A stretch of 64,000 nt of DNA from Candidatus Saccharimonadota bacterium (GCA_017460625.1 JAFUAT010000003.1:222-64221), one strand, 5' to 3'. Positions 45,331 through 56,722 are shown, counted from the first letter of the stretch. A program made the numbers and translations. Notes: generated by a model not told the origin, from the letters alone.

Positions 45331-47799
45331 ATGAATGGTGAATTTTCGGAAATAATGAATCATCTGTCTGAAAACGCAAGATTTGCGCTTCAAAAGGCGG
45401 ATTTTTATAGTAAAAGATATAATAACGGTTATATGGGAACCGAGCATCTTTTGATGGGAATAATGGCGATTGACACTTCTACAGGAGCAGAGATGTTAAG
45501 ACGGGAAGGAGTGACACTTGATGAGCTCGAAAAGTCTATGAATAAAACCGCGGTAGAAGTACCTGGCTCTGATATGGCAATGATGTCGTTATCGGAAGCT
45601 GTAGTTTTGACACTTCGGATGGCGCAAGGGTTTGTAAATGATGAAGGTTTGTCGGTAATTGGTACAGAACATCTTTTGTATGCATTGATTTCTCAGCCAA
45701 ATTCTAGGGCGGCACTTACGTTAACTGGCCAAAAAGTAGATATAGATGAGTTGATGGATGAGATAGAAGATCTAGTTGCTAAGCAAACAGAAAACGAAAA
45801 AATTAAAGCAGAAAAAGCTAAATATGTAAAAGATTTGAATCTAAAATTTTTGAAAAAATACGGAAAGAACTTGACGGAAGAAGCACAGGCGGGAAAACTC
45901 GACACAGTTATTGGACGAGAAAACGAGATTGAAAGAATCGTAACAGTACTTAGTCGTAGGACTAAGTCTAATCCGGTTTTGATTGGTGAAGCTGGGGTTG
46001 GTAAGACTGCAATCGTAGAAGGACTTGCCACGAGAATTGCTGAAAAAAATGTGCCAGGCAATTTGGTTGGAAAACAGATTTATCAGGTTGATTTGTCTTC
46101 TGTAGTAGCAGGGACGAAATTTCGTGGAGAATTCGAAGAAAGAATTAAAGGAATTATTGACGAAGCGGTCGGGAATGAATCGATTTTATTGTTTATTGAT
46201 GAAATACATTTGCTTTGTGGGGCGGGAAATTCAGAAGGCTCAATGGACGCAGCAAACATCTTAAAACCGATGCTAGCTAGAAATTCCTTGCATCTTATTG
46301 GCGCGACAACACTTGATGAATATCGAAAATCAATTGAAAAGGATAAGGCGCTTTCTCGACGTTTCCAGACTGTAATGGTGGAAGAACCAAGTAAGGCTGT
46401 GACGTTTAGAATTGTGAAAGGAATCAAAAAACATTATGAGAATCATCATTCGGTGGTGATTCCTGATGAGATGATCGAAACAGCAATTACTATGTCGGAG
46501 AGATATATAAATGATAGATTCATGCCGGACAAGGTAATTGATGTAATTGATGAAGCATCGGCGATTGCGAAAGTTGCAGCCGATAAAAAAGGTGGTGGAA
46601 AATATAAGAAATTGAAAATTGAAAAAACTACTCTTGAAGAAAAAGTTACTGAAGCAGCTGAAGCAGAAAATTATGAAAAAGCGGCAATTCTAAAAACGCA
46701 GCTGTCCAGGATTGAAGATGAAATAAAAAAGATGGAAAAAGGCAAGAAAAATCTGGACAAGGCGCCAGTTCTTACGGAAGAGAATTTGGCAACAGCTGTG
46801 TCCTTAAAGACTGGAATCCCAGTATCAAAAGTACATGGTTCGGAAATGAAGATGCTACTTGACCTTGAAACACATATCAAGGAATCTATCGTAGGACAAG
46901 ATGAAGCAGTAGAGGCAGTAGCAAAAGCGATTCGACGTGGAAGAAGCGGAATTGCAGATTCAAGACGCCCAATTGGCTCGTTTATATTTATGGGCCCAAC
47001 CGGTGTAGGTAAAACCGAACTCGCAAGAGTGATAGCAAGAGAAGTTTTTGGCGGAGAGAATGCATTAATCAAGATTGATATGAGCGAATTTGGCGAAAAA
47101 CACAATGTATCAAGATTAGTTGGTGCGCCGGCTGGCTATATTGGCTATGATGATGGTGGCAAGCTTACCGAGGCGGTAAGGCGAAAACCATATTCTGTGG
47201 TGTTGTTTGATGAAATTGAAAAAGCTCATCCAGATGTATTTAATATGTTGCTACAAATTTTGGAAGATGGAGTTTTGACGGATGGGCAAGGAAATAAGAT
47301 TAAATTTAATAATACAATAGTGATTTTGACTTCTAATCTTGGTTCTAATGAAATGTACCGAGAAAGTGAGCTTGGCTTTACGGCAAAAACGCCAAAAGAT
47401 AAAAAGGCTTTAGCGGAAGAATATGAAGAGAATAAATCTTACGCTATGAAGGCGCTTAAGAAAGCGATGCGACCAGAACTAATTAACCGGTTGGATTCTG
47501 TACTTGTATTTCATGCTTTGACTCGTAAAAATATTGAAAAGATTTTTGACAATTTGATCGATGATTTAAGAAAACGACTTGCGACAAAAGGTATCGGTAT
47601 TAAAATTGAACCGGCGGCAAAGAATTATCTGATTGAAAAAGGTTATGATGCGAAGAATGGCGCAAGACCGCTTAGACGTAAAATCGAGGACGAAGTAGAA
47701 TCGCTACTTTCTGAAGATATTATTGCGGGGAAATTGGCTAAAGGTGACATTCCTACTTTGAAATTGGTTAGAAATAAAATTAAATTGGTAAAGGAGTAA
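45331..47799 (+). CDS. clpC: ATP-dependent Clp protease ATP-binding subunit
   Basis: Clp N repeats, [11 protein letters not shown]-like [29 protein letters not shown]. Confidence 0.95.
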   Translation: MNGEFSEIMNHLSENARFALQKADFYSKRYNNGYMGTEHLLMGIMAIDTSTGAEMLRREGVTLDELEKSMNKTAVEVPGSDMAMMSLSEAVVLTLRMAQGFVNDEGLSVIGTEHLLYALISQPNSRAALTLTGQKVDIDELMDEIEDLVAKQTENEKIKAEKAKYVKDLNLKFLKKYGKNLTEEAQAGKLDTVIGRENEIERIVTVLSRRTKSNPVLIGEAGVGKTAIVEGLATRIAEKNVPGNLVGKQIYQVDLSSVVAGTKFRGEFEERIKGIIDEAVGNESILLFIDEIHLLCGAGNSEGSMDAANILKPMLARNSLHLIGATTLDEYRKSIEKDKALSRRFQTVMVEEPSKAVTFRIVKGIKKHYENHHSVVIPDEMIETAITMSERYINDRFMPDKVIDVIDEASAIAKVAADKKGGGKYKKLKIEKTTLEEKVTEAAEAENYEKAAILKTQLSRIEDEIKKMEKGKKNLDKAPVLTEENLATAVSLKTGIPVSKVHGSEMKMLLDLETHIKESIVGQDEAVEAVAKAIRRGRSGIADSRRPIGSFIFMGPTGVGKTELARVIAREVFGGENALIKIDMSEFGEKHNVSRLVGAPAGYIGYDDGGKLTEAVRRKPYSVVLFDEIEKAHPDVFNMLLQILEDGVLTDGQGNKIKFNNTIVILTSNLGSNEMYRESELGFTAKTPKDKKALAEEYEENKSYAMKALKKAMRPELINRLDSVLVFHALTRKNIEKIFDNLIDDLRKRLATKGIGIKIEPAAKNYLIEKGYDAKNGARPLRRKIEDEVESLLSEDIIAGKLAKGDIPTLKLVRNKIKLVKE

Positions 47800-47801
47800 T
47801 T

Positions 47802-48383
47802 ATGAAGGATTATTTAGTACCTACTGTTGTAGAAGAAACTAATAAAGGTGAAAGAGCCTACGACATTTATTCACGACTTTTAAATGATAGGATTGTATTT
47901 CTTGGTGAAGATGTAAATTCGCATACGGCAAATTTGGTGGTGGCACAACTTTTGTATCTTGCGCACGAAGACCCAAAGAAGCCGATCAAACTATATATTA
48001 ATTCTCCTGGCGGCAGCGTGTATGACGGTCTGGCGATTATTGATACAATGAACTATATTGAACCAGATGTAGAAACGATTGGAATTGGGCTTCAAGCTTC
48101 GATGGGAGCAATGCTGCTCTCTTCTGGTGCAAAAGGGAAAAGATACGCTCTCCCTAATGCAAGAATTATGATTCATCAACCATCTTCTGGAACCGAAGGT
48201 AAAATTACCGATCAGGAAATAATGTTAAAAGAAGGTATATTTTTGAAGAAACGGCTTGCAGAAATTTTTGCAAAGAATACTGGAAAGAGTTTGGCGCAGG
48301 TTGAGAAAGATATGGATAGAGATAATTGGATGAGTGCGGAAGAAGCTAAAGAATATGGAATCATTGACTCCATTATTAAATAA
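47802..48383 (+). CDS. clpP: Clp protease proteolytic subunit
   Basis: [22 protein letters not shown] (Ser), MIHQP (His), DRDNW. Confidence 0.97.
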   Translation: MKDYLVPTVVEETNKGERAYDIYSRLLNDRIVFLGEDVNSHTANLVVAQLLYLAHEDPKKPIKLYINSPGGSVYDGLAIIDTMNYIEPDVETIGIGLQASMGAMLLSSGAKGKRYALPNARIMIHQPSSGTEGKITDQEIMLKEGIFLKKRLAEIFAKNTGKSLAQVEKDMDRDNWMSAEEAKEYGIIDSIIK

Positions 48384-48406
48384 TATTTTTATGCTATAAT
48401 GGGGGT

Positions 48407-49543
48407 ATGAAAAAAAATATAGTAATTATTACTAGTGTAGCAGTCCTTGCGCTCGTGGCGGTGATTGGTACAATGGTTGGACTTTCCAACACAGTGGGGG
48501 AATTATCAGTGGAAATGAATCGTAATCAAGTGGATGCGATTCTGGCAAATGCGGATGTGACTGATGAATCTTCGGTAACAATTCCGATTTTGTATTATGA
48601 TCAGGTGATGGATGAGTGTGTAGACTTGTACAATCCAGCGCTCAATTCATTAGTTGAAGCTAGACAATTTGAGTGGAGTGAGTGTGGTTATTACAATAAA
48701 GCACTCGAAACTGGTTTGACAGAAGCAGAACTGAATGCTGATTATTTGCCGATTGCGAAAGGTGGAAGTCTGATATCTGACCGCGGGATGGCGGGCGATG
48801 GATTCGCTAGGTGGTTTAGCGCGGTTGATGGAAAAAGTAAGAGTTATGCTTCTACGATAGACCTTCGGTACGATGGAGCGACTGCGAGTTTTTCATATGA
48901 GAATGACAATTTCTATCCTTTAAATTCAATTGAGATACCGGGAGAAAGCGTGAATGGTGATGGCAATAATCATTTGTTTACGTTTAATTTAGGTGTACCT
49001 TTTGAAGTAATGGGCGAAGGAAAAGAAACCTTTACGATTTCGGCAGACGATGATACTTGGGTATACGTAAACGACAAAATCGTACTTGATATGGGTGGCG
49101 TTCACGGTGTAACTACGGGTCGATTTAAGATTCAGGAAAACGGTGAAATTTACACTGCGGTTGGCGATGAAAATTTAGCATATTCTGGCGTAAAACTGGA
49201 TAAAGGAGCAGGTTCGATTATTCGAATTTTCCATGCAGATAGAGATAGTGCAGAATCGGCAATTAGAATGGCATTTTCTAATATGCTTCTAAATGTGACA
49301 AATACAATTTTGGCAGAAAACGAAAGTGATAATGATCTTGGCACTACGGTTGCTTATAATCCGGAAAATCCATCCTATGTGGCGCCACTTGGGGAAAGTT
49401 TAACTTATACGCCAGATAGAAGCAAAATGATTTTGGCGTCGGTAGTTACGCAAGCCTCGGTGATGGGTGCTTTAATTGTTGTAGTGATGGTAATTGTGTC
49501 CGTGATTTTGAGACAAGTACGACGCAGCAACAATCAAGAATAA
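48407..49543 (+). CDS. Fibro-slime/PA14-like domain surface protein with N- and C-terminal hydrophobic segments
   Basis: NHLFTF...F...G.E.FT.SADDDTWVYVNDKIVLDMGGVH. Confidence 0.78.
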   Translation: MKKNIVIITSVAVLALVAVIGTMVGLSNTVGELSVEMNRNQVDAILANADVTDESSVTIPILYYDQVMDECVDLYNPALNSLVEARQFEWSECGYYNKALETGLTEAELNADYLPIAKGGSLISDRGMAGDGFARWFSAVDGKSKSYASTIDLRYDGATASFSYENDNFYPLNSIEIPGESVNGDGNNHLFTFNLGVPFEVMGEGKETFTISADDDTWVYVNDKIVLDMGGVHGVTTGRFKIQENGEIYTAVGDENLAYSGVKLDKGAGSIIRIFHADRDSAESAIRMAFSNMLLNVTNTILAENESDNDLGTTVAYNPENPSYVAPLGESLTYTPDRSKMILASVVTQASVMGALIVVVMVIVSVILRQVRRSNNQE

Positions 49544-49576
49544 TATTGTTCTTAGAGCTTAACTAATATTTTCGAA

Positions 49577-49909
49577 TTATTTTCTGGGGCTAGAGATATT
49601 GGCGCCTTTGCCATAATTTGGAATGATTTGTTTGTGTTGTTTTCCTTGGTGGTCAAAAAGTGGAACATTTAAATCGCGTGCTAGAGTGTTTACAATGGCG
49701 GCGCCGATTCGAAGGCCAGTGAATGAACCAGGTCCAGACATAAATTCAATTTCAGAAATATCATGCCAATCTTGGTCGTTTTCTTGCAGTTTATTATGAA
49801 TAAATTCTAATATTTTTTCTGCTGTGTCATAGCCGAAATCTTGTTCGTATTTTTTGTTATCTAATTTCAGAATCGTAACAGTGTTTGACGTATCTAGATA
49901 TAATTTCAT
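49577..49909 (-). CDS. tsaB: Short TsaB-like (t6A biosynthesis) protein, 110 aa
   Basis: LYLDTS, I..I....GPGSFTGLRIG....NTLA..LNVPL. Confidence 0.85.
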   Translation of the reverse strand: MKLYLDTSNTVTILKLDNKKYEQDFGYDTAEKILEFIHNKLQENDQDWHDISEIEFMSGPGSFTGLRIGAAIVNTLARDLNVPLFDHQGKQHKQIIPNYGKGANISSPRK

Positions 49910-49927
49910 GATATAATATATTATATA

Positions 49928-50326
49928 ATGAAAATTAATTCTGAACAAGAGATGATTAAGATTGGAGCATCGTTTTTTGATGCAAGGATTATAGAGTTGA
50001 TTGGTGACGTAGGCGTAGGAAAAACTACTTTTGTAAGGGGCCTTGGTACTAAGCTTGGTGTTAAGGAGCCAATCACCAGTCCAAGCTATACCATTTCAAA
50101 ATCTTATGCATGTGATAACGGAAAAACGTTAGTGCATTATGATTTTTATCGTCTTAAAGATCCTGGTTTAATGATGGAAGATTTGAGAGAAAATTTAGAA
50201 AATCCAGATAATGTTGTTGTGGTAGAATGGTCAGATAGTGTAAAAAATATTTTACCAGAAGAAAGGACAATTATTAATATAAAATATAATGACGACGGAA
50301 GTCGGGAGTTGGAGAGAATACAATGA
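49928..50326 (+). CDS. tsaE: t6A biosynthesis ATPase TsaE
   Basis: LIGDVGVGKTTF, ITSPSYT, HYDFYRL, VVEWS. Confidence 0.93.
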   Translation: MKINSEQEMIKIGASFFDARIIELIGDVGVGKTTFVRGLGTKLGVKEPITSPSYTISKSYACDNGKTLVHYDFYRLKDPGLMMEDLRENLENPDNVVVVEWSDSVKNILPEERTIINIKYNDDGSRELERIQ

Positions 50327-51555
50327 AAATTTATATTTCTGGAATCTCGGGAACGGGAATGGGACCACTTGCTTTGATGGCAGTAAAAGCGGGAATTCAA
50401 GTTTGTGGTTCGGATTTAAATAAGGGTGCGATTTATGATGAGCTTGTAGGCGCAGGGATTGATATTTCTGTTGGTGAACAAGATGGAAAATTTTTAGAAT
50501 CGAAAATTAGTGAAGGCGTGGAATGGTTTGTCCATACTTCGGCGCTTCCTGAAACAGCTCCGGAAATTTTGGTTGCAAAAAAAGCGGGGATTAGAATTTC
50601 GAAGCGAGATAATTTGACGGAATTTTTGGTGCAGAAATTAGGGCTAAAGATGGTGGCTGTAGCAGGAACACACGGCAAAACCACTACCACTTCTATGATT
50701 ATTTGGGCATGCAAAAAACTTGGTCTTCCAGCGGCTTACGTGGTTGGAACGACTCTTGGATTTGCGCCGTCGGGTTCGTTTGATAAAGCGGACAAATATT
50801 TCATTTATGAAGCGGATGAATACGATCGGAATTTTTTGAAATTCCATCCATGGCTTGCGGTAATTACTTCGGTTAGCTATGATCATCCAGATATTTATAA
50901 AACTCCGGAAGAATACAAGCAGGCGTTTTTGCAATTTGAAGAACAAAGTGAAAATGTAATATTTGATAACGATGATATGACTGAGAAGTTTAAATTGGCT
51001 GGCGAAGTAAGACGAAAAGATGCTGGAATGGCGTTTGCTGCTGTAAAAAGAATTATAGAGAATGAAAAAATAGAGATTTCTGACAATGAAATTATAAAAG
51101 CCTTAAATGAATTTCCGGGTGTAGGACGAAGATTTGAAAAGCTGGCGGACGGAATGTATAGTGATTATGCTCATCATCCAGAAGAAATTAAAGCAACAAT
51201 GGATGTGGCGCTTGATCAAATGGATATTGATGGAAAAAAAGGTGTAGTGGTAGTATATCAGCCGCATCAAAATACTCGTCAACACGAAGTGCAAGATTTG
51301 TATTACGACACATTTATAGGTGCAGAAAAAGTTTTTTGGTTACCAACATATCTTACGCGAGAAAATCCAGATTTGCCAATTCTAAAACCCCTTGATTTTA
51401 TTAACGGGCTTAATAATGCTGAGATAGCCGAGGAAGCGGAACTTAATGACAAGTTGTTTGATAGAATTTGTAAATATCGGGATGATGGGTATTTGGTGAT
51501 TTTGATGACGGCTGGACCAGCGGACGAGTGGCTGAGAAAAAAGCTCGGATGTTGA
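50323..51555 (+). CDS. murC: UDP-N-acetylmuramate-L-alanine ligase
   Basis: GISGTGMGPLA, AGTHGKTTTT, EADEYDR.FL, DYAHHPEEI, YQPH. Confidence 0.88.
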   Translation: MKIYISGISGTGMGPLALMAVKAGIQVCGSDLNKGAIYDELVGAGIDISVGEQDGKFLESKISEGVEWFVHTSALPETAPEILVAKKAGIRISKRDNLTEFLVQKLGLKMVAVAGTHGKTTTTSMIIWACKKLGLPAAYVVGTTLGFAPSGSFDKADKYFIYEADEYDRNFLKFHPWLAVITSVSYDHPDIYKTPEEYKQAFLQFEEQSENVIFDNDDMTEKFKLAGEVRRKDAGMAFAAVKRIIENEKIEISDNEIIKALNEFPGVGRRFEKLADGMYSDYAHHPEEIKATMDVALDQMDIDGKKGVVVVYQPHQNTRQHEVQDLYYDTFIGAEKVFWLPTYLTRENPDLPILKPLDFINGLNNAEIAEEAELNDKLFDRICKYRDDGYLVILMTAGPADEWLRKKLGC

Positions 51556-51633
51556 GTGAAGTTTGTGTCTAGTTGTTCGATTTTTGTGGGTGCTTATTTT
51601 GACTTTTGATTTTGGTTATGCTAGAATTTAAAC

Positions 51634-52230
51634 ATGAGCAAGGATAGCAAGGTTAGCTTTAAAGTATGGTTGCTATTTGGTATTGCTGTTGCAGTAATTG
51701 TGGCGGTGATTGTGGTTTTGACTACGGTCGCGATTTTGAATCGAAATAAGAATGAAATGGGAGAGACAACAGAGATAACAGAGCCGGTGATAATGGAGTA
51801 TACTGATGTAGAATTAGACGAAGATGTGAATGAAACGTTGACGGAAACGTTTAAAATGACCCCAGATGAAGCTTACGCGTATGTTGATAAACAGATTCAG
51901 AGATATACTGGTACTAATTTATGGGCTAGATTGGTAATGCTTAAAGCGCAACTTTATGTAGAAAATGAACAATATGATTTGGCGCTTGAAACTGCTCTTA
52001 AAGTTAACGAAGATGATGTGGAAGATGATTTTAAATTTAGTTATTATAATATGATGCATAAAATTTATTATTTGAAAAAAGATGATGCTAAAGTACAAGA
52101 GTATGACGATAAATATTGGGCATTTTATAATCAGCAGTTTGGAACTGATGGTATAACTGATGAAGACGAGATTGACGAATCATTTATAACTGAGCCAATG
52201 GGGCTAGGAGGAGAAAATGGCGATGAATAA
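51634..52230 (+). CDS. Membrane-anchored acidic helical (TPR-like) hypothetical protein
   Basis: N-terminal TM segment, helical-repeat pattern. Confidence 0.65.
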   Translation: MSKDSKVSFKVWLLFGIAVAVIVAVIVVLTTVAILNRNKNEMGETTEITEPVIMEYTDVELDEDVNETLTETFKMTPDEAYAYVDKQIQRYTGTNLWARLVMLKAQLYVENEQYDLALETALKVNEDDVEDDFKFSYYNMMHKIYYLKKDDAKVQEYDDKYWAFYNQQFGTDGITDEDEIDESFITEPMGLGGENGDE

Positions 52231-55200
52231 AAATAGGAGTCTTATAACCAAGATATCTAAAACAGCACTCTTTACAATGGCGCTAGTGTCTTCGCTGACT
52301 TTCTTTGTTCCTTCGCCTGAAGCTTTTGCTGGTGCAAACGAAGGTAGTGGTGGAAATATGGGGGGCGTGCCCTGTGTCAAACCGGACGGGAGTCTGAAAG
52401 GCACGATCTGTACTCGGTACGGAGCAGAATGGCGCTACTATAAGGCAGATAGTGATAACATTGCAATTACGGGTGTTCCTGGGACGATGGCGGCGTCTGG
52501 ACATATTGTAAGCTGCAAAACTAATGGTGGTGGATATTATAGGTATGGAATGGTAGCTTACGCTGATAGTCCAAGTAGAGGCTATGTAGCTGGTGACCAA
52601 GTGGGGCTAACTGCAATTGGCGGTGGCGTATTTCGTTCTGTCAATTTTGGCGGTAGAATGATGTATGCAAATGTGGGGGGCGGGTCTAATAATACCGGTA
52701 GTGGACCAGGTACATTAGTGAGTTGGGAAGAAGCGCATGCAAAATATTTAGATTACCAGGCGAAGTTTCCTGTAGAACTCAAGATGGGTTGGAATGCACA
52801 GAGCAATCTATCGTGGTTTTGTGCGGAGCCGCCTAAGGCTATTGCGGTCCAGGGGGATAATTGTGAAGCTTGGGATCCGAATATGCGTGGTTATGCTTAT
52901 GTACTCGCGGTGGTAAAAAATGAACGTCTTGAAGGTGGATATTCTGGATGGAGACAGGCGCCAAGGCCAGGATACAATAATGGAACTGCGAATATAGAAC
53001 TTAATACTACTTATGCAATGCCTGGTGATGAGATTAAGTGGGTGATGTGCTATTGGCCGGGGCAAGAAAGAGCCAAACATGATGAAGCTTATAAAATTAA
53101 TGGCGTCGTGCTTGGTGAACACATAAATCATGGCAAGTCGACTTGTTACGCAGACAAGAATAAACTTGTGGAATTAATGTATTCTACTAATCCGACGTGG
53201 CCTACTTCATTTGAGTATCATGCCTCTACGAATGCCGGGAGCTTTCTAGATGGGATTGGTGAATCCTCTATCTATTCAAGAGAGGGTGTAGATATGATTG
53301 ATGATGTAGAAATAACAGATAAATACGATGTAGGTGGTGGAGATGTAGGCAAGGAGTATCATGATCAAATTTGGACAGACGGAGATGCATCTAAGGTGGC
53401 CGTGACTGATGGCTACTCCTGCGAGAGGTGGACTTGTACTGGTACAAGGAATAAAAAAGATGAAAATGGAAATAATGTAGTAGATGATGATGGTAATGTT
53501 GTAACTGAAACATACTCGGATACGACTACGCACCTATTGCCTAATGGTACTTTTCAAAAAGGTTCAGTGGCATCTAGCGCGTATGTGAAGGTACCGTATA
53601 ATTTCTTTACTGAAATTACCGCCGAGATGCAAGATACTGATGTTCCACTATTCTCTGGGACTAACTACGTAGTTTCAAATGTAACAATTAACATTTTATC
53701 AAAAGACAATGCTATAACTGAGGCTACATATTCCACGGTGGCTCCTGGTGTTAAAGCAAAACTATTTGCCTATGTATCTGATGGGAGAGGCAGCGTTGAA
53801 GATAAGGTGTTTGATGATTCTGGTGAAATGTATGATGCCAATGGTAATGTAATGGAAGATGTGTTCGATTTAGGCTGTGCCGAAGGTGGGGCCAAGCAAT
53901 GTATTGAGTTAGGTAGATGGGGGTATGATAAGGAAGAATCTGTAAGTGGTTCCAAGGAGATTTCTAAGGAACTTAAGGACAGCGAGGGTAATGTTCGCGA
54001 TACAAGAGACTATAATGCATTTGATGCGCAAGCTGGGCATTATATGTGTATTGTAGCTGCAATGACGCCGTTTTCGAGTGGCGACGATACAAATATTTAT
54101 AAGAAGGATTTTAACTGGAGCTGGATATTTTCTGAACCGAGCTGTAGGGTAATCGCGAAGAAACCGTTTATGCAGGTTTGGGGTGGAGATATGTATTCAG
54201 GCGGAAACGTAGATTTATTCGTGGCAAATAAAAGAAATGTTTTACATAAATATATCGATGACATTCCAGGTAAATTTGATCTGTTTGGAGCTAATAATAA
54301 TAGTTTCGCATCGTGGGTCGAAGAAGGTTTGATTATTAAAAGTGGAACTACGGGCTCAATGGCTTCTGGGGCGGCAATGAGTTTCAAAGATGGAAAAAGA
54401 GAAGCAGGCAGAAATGGCTTTAATATGTCTAGTGTTTCTCCGTTGACGTTTGCTAATAATGGAACTTATGGTAATTCCGGGATAGAAAATGGGTTATTAA
54501 ATAGATATAGTAATCGGGATGAGTTGATTAATTATTGGCTTGGTAGTGGTACTACTAGAGTCGCATGCGGTGGTGGTATTGGCGGACTGAACTATCCTAA
54601 TTCGGTTGGCAGTAGTATAAAGAGCGCCTCTGGAAGAACGATTAGGTGCGTTGATACTGGCGGTGTACAGATAGGCGATATTAAAAGAGATTCGCAGAGC
54701 GATAATATTCCACCTAGTACCACGTATCTCATTAAGGCTGATACGGTTACGATTGAAGAAGATATAAAGTATCATGATAGTGGATATAGTATGCCTGGTG
54801 ATGTACCAAAGTTGATAATCTATGCTAGAACCGTAAAGATCAATTGCAAAGTAAAGGAAGTGGATGCGATTATTATTACTCACGACAATGGTTTTGTTGA
54901 CACTTGTGCCACTGAAGACTCTGATAGGGATCCAAAATTGATTGACGATGAAGATGAAGGATTAGAAAAAAATCAATGCTTTGGGATGTATTCTTTGACA
55001 CGGGAATTGACTGATGAACAAAAAGGTAGAGTTGATTTTAATCCAGATACTCTTAGATGTGATTCTAGAAGGGAAAATCCGCTAAAGATATTTGGTCTGG
55101 TAGTGACTGATAGAATTCGACTTGGAAGAACGACTGGTGGGTCGGCGTCTCTAGATGTTCCAACTCCAGATGGTATTGCTGCAGAAGTATTTGATTATGA

Positions 55201-55297
55201 TGCGTCGATTCCGATTTGGTCTGAATATATGGCGGGGGCGGCAGAAACTGATACCATACAGACTGTGTATCAACATGAGCTTGCACCAAGGTATTAG
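52217..55297 (+). CDS. Large secreted Gly/Cys-rich protein (1026 aa), probable adhesin
   Basis: Signal peptide ending AFA; many Cys pairs; DxNG/DDDG loops; beta-rich C-terminus. Confidence 0.7.
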   Translation: MAMNKNRSLITKISKTALFTMALVSSLTFFVPSPEAFAGANEGSGGNMGGVPCVKPDGSLKGTICTRYGAEWRYYKADSDNIAITGVPGTMAASGHIVSCKTNGGGYYRYGMVAYADSPSRGYVAGDQVGLTAIGGGVFRSVNFGGRMMYANVGGGSNNTGSGPGTLVSWEEAHAKYLDYQAKFPVELKMGWNAQSNLSWFCAEPPKAIAVQGDNCEAWDPNMRGYAYVLAVVKNERLEGGYSGWRQAPRPGYNNGTANIELNTTYAMPGDEIKWVMCYWPGQERAKHDEAYKINGVVLGEHINHGKSTCYADKNKLVELMYSTNPTWPTSFEYHASTNAGSFLDGIGESSIYSREGVDMIDDVEITDKYDVGGGDVGKEYHDQIWTDGDASKVAVTDGYSCERWTCTGTRNKKDENGNNVVDDDGNVVTETYSDTTTHLLPNGTFQKGSVASSAYVKVPYNFFTEITAEMQDTDVPLFSGTNYVVSNVTINILSKDNAITEATYSTVAPGVKAKLFAYVSDGRGSVEDKVFDDSGEMYDANGNVMEDVFDLGCAEGGAKQCIELGRWGYDKEESVSGSKEISKELKDSEGNVRDTRDYNAFDAQAGHYMCIVAAMTPFSSGDDTNIYKKDFNWSWIFSEPSCRVIAKKPFMQVWGGDMYSGGNVDLFVANKRNVLHKYIDDIPGKFDLFGANNNSFASWVEEGLIIKSGTTGSMASGAAMSFKDGKREAGRNGFNMSSVSPLTFANNGTYGNSGIENGLLNRYSNRDELINYWLGSGTTRVACGGGIGGLNYPNSVGSSIKSASGRTIRCVDTGGVQIGDIKRDSQSDNIPPSTTYLIKADTVTIEEDIKYHDSGYSMPGDVPKLIIYARTVKINCKVKEVDAIIITHDNGFVDTCATEDSDRDPKLIDDEDEGLEKNQCFGMYSLTRELTDEQKGRVDFNPDTLRCDSRRENPLKIFGLVVTDRIRLGRTTGGSASLDVPTPDGIAAEVFDYDASIPIWSEYMAGAAETDTIQTVYQHELAPRY

Positions 55298-55372
55298 TGG
55301 ACGGAATAAAAGGGATTGCGCCCTGGAGTGCTAACTTTAAAACACCTTTAATTCCATGATATAATAGTAATA

Positions 55373-56722
55373 ATGAAAAATAAAACGTGTTTTGTTTGCC
55401 AACAGTGTGGGGCAAGTTATAATAAGTGGGTGGGGCAGTGCTCAAATTGTGGGAATTGGAATTCTTTGATGGAGCAGGCAATTCAAGATGGAGACAATAG
55501 AAAATCCGCAATTTCGAAGGCGGAAGTTAGTGGAAAAAAACTTGATTTTGTAAAATTAAAAACTGTTGTGCCGTCTGATACAAAGGCGAGACTTTTAACT
55601 GGCTTCTCTGAGCTAGACATAGTACTTGGTGGGGGAATACTGATGGGGAGTGTTTCGCTTTTAGCGGGACAACCCGGTATTGGTAAATCCACGCTTTTAA
55701 TGCAGATTTGCGCTAAAATTGCGGAAGGACATGATGTATTATATATATCTGGTGAGGAGAGCGCTGGGCAGGTGAAACTTCGTGCGGAGCGGCTTGGTGC
55801 GAATTCGGATAGACTTAATTTTGCGGCTTCTACTTCTGGAAACGATATTGCTAAGACAATTGAAACTGGAGAATTTGATCTTGTGATTGTGGATTCGATT
55901 CAGACTTTGGCGCTAGCTGAAATTTCTAGTGCACCTGGTACAGTTTCGCAAGTAACAAATTGTGGTAATTTAATAATTCGAGCGGCAAAGGCTACGGATA
56001 CTGCGGTGGTAATAGTGGGGCATGTAACTAAGGAAGGGACTCTTGCTGGGCCTAAAGTTTTGGAACACTTGGTGGATGTGGTTTTGAATTTTGAAGGTGA
56101 CAGATATGGCGGATTTAAAACAGTGAGAGCGGTAAAAAATAGGTTTGGCTCGACGAACGAAGTAGCGATTTTTGAGATGATAGATTCTGGACTAATTGAA
56201 GTTGAAAATCCTTCGGCGGCTTTACTTGCTGAAAGGACAAATACCGATGGTTCGGTGATACTTGCGACTTTAAATGGAAATCGGCCGATTTTAGTAGAAA
56301 TTCAAGCGCTTGCAACGAAGACCAACTATGGTTATCCTAAGCGGACCGTTAGTGGTTTTGATTTAAATCGTTTGAATTTATTAATCGCCGTGCTCGAGAG
56401 AAGGACAAAATTGAAATTGTCAGATAAAGATATTTTTGTAAATGTGGTAGGGGGGATGAAACTTACTGATGCGGCGGCGGATTTGGCGGTGGTGATTGCG
56501 ATTGCTTCGGCAGTGGCTGGTAGAAAACTAGGTGAAGAGTATGTGGTATTTGGTGAAGTGGGGCTAGGCGGTGAGATTCGCTCAGCTTTTCGGGCAGACC
56601 AAAGGATTGCGGAAGCGAAGAAATTGGGATTTTCTCATGCAATTGGACCGGCTACTGTAAAAGATAAGTTTGTGATACCGATGAAAGATTTAAGGGAAAC
56701 TTTGATTAGGTTTGTAAAATGA
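55373..56722 (+). CDS. radA: DNA repair protein RadA/Sms
   Basis: CQQCG...W.GQC..C zinc finger, GQPGIGKST, KNRFG, GEVGLGGEIR. Confidence 0.97.
   Translation: MKNKTCFVCQQCGASYNKWVGQCSNCGNWNSLMEQAIQDGDNRKSAISKAEVSGKKLDFVKLKTVVPSDTKARLLTGFSELDIVLGGGILMGSVSLLAGQPGIGKSTLLMQICAKIAEGHDVLYISGEESAGQVKLRAERLGANSDRLNFAASTSGNDIAKTIETGEFDLVIVDSIQTLALAEISSAPGTVSQVTNCGNLIIRAAKATDTAVVIVGHVTKEGTLAGPKVLEHLVDVVLNFEGDRYGGFKTVRAVKNRFGSTNEVAIFEMIDSGLIEVENPSAALLAERTNTDGSVILATLNGNRPILVEIQALATKTNYGYPKRTVSGFDLNRLNLLIAVLERRTKLKLSDKDIFVNVVGGMKLTDAAADLAVVIAIASAVAGRKLGEEYVVFGEVGLGGEIRSAFRADQRIAEAKKLGFSHAIGPATVKDKFVIPMKDLRETLIRFVK

Noticed and set aside
55326-55334. GAGTGCTAA before radA as a second CIRCE
   Set aside because: Half-site only; the expected left arm (55308-55316) does not match.
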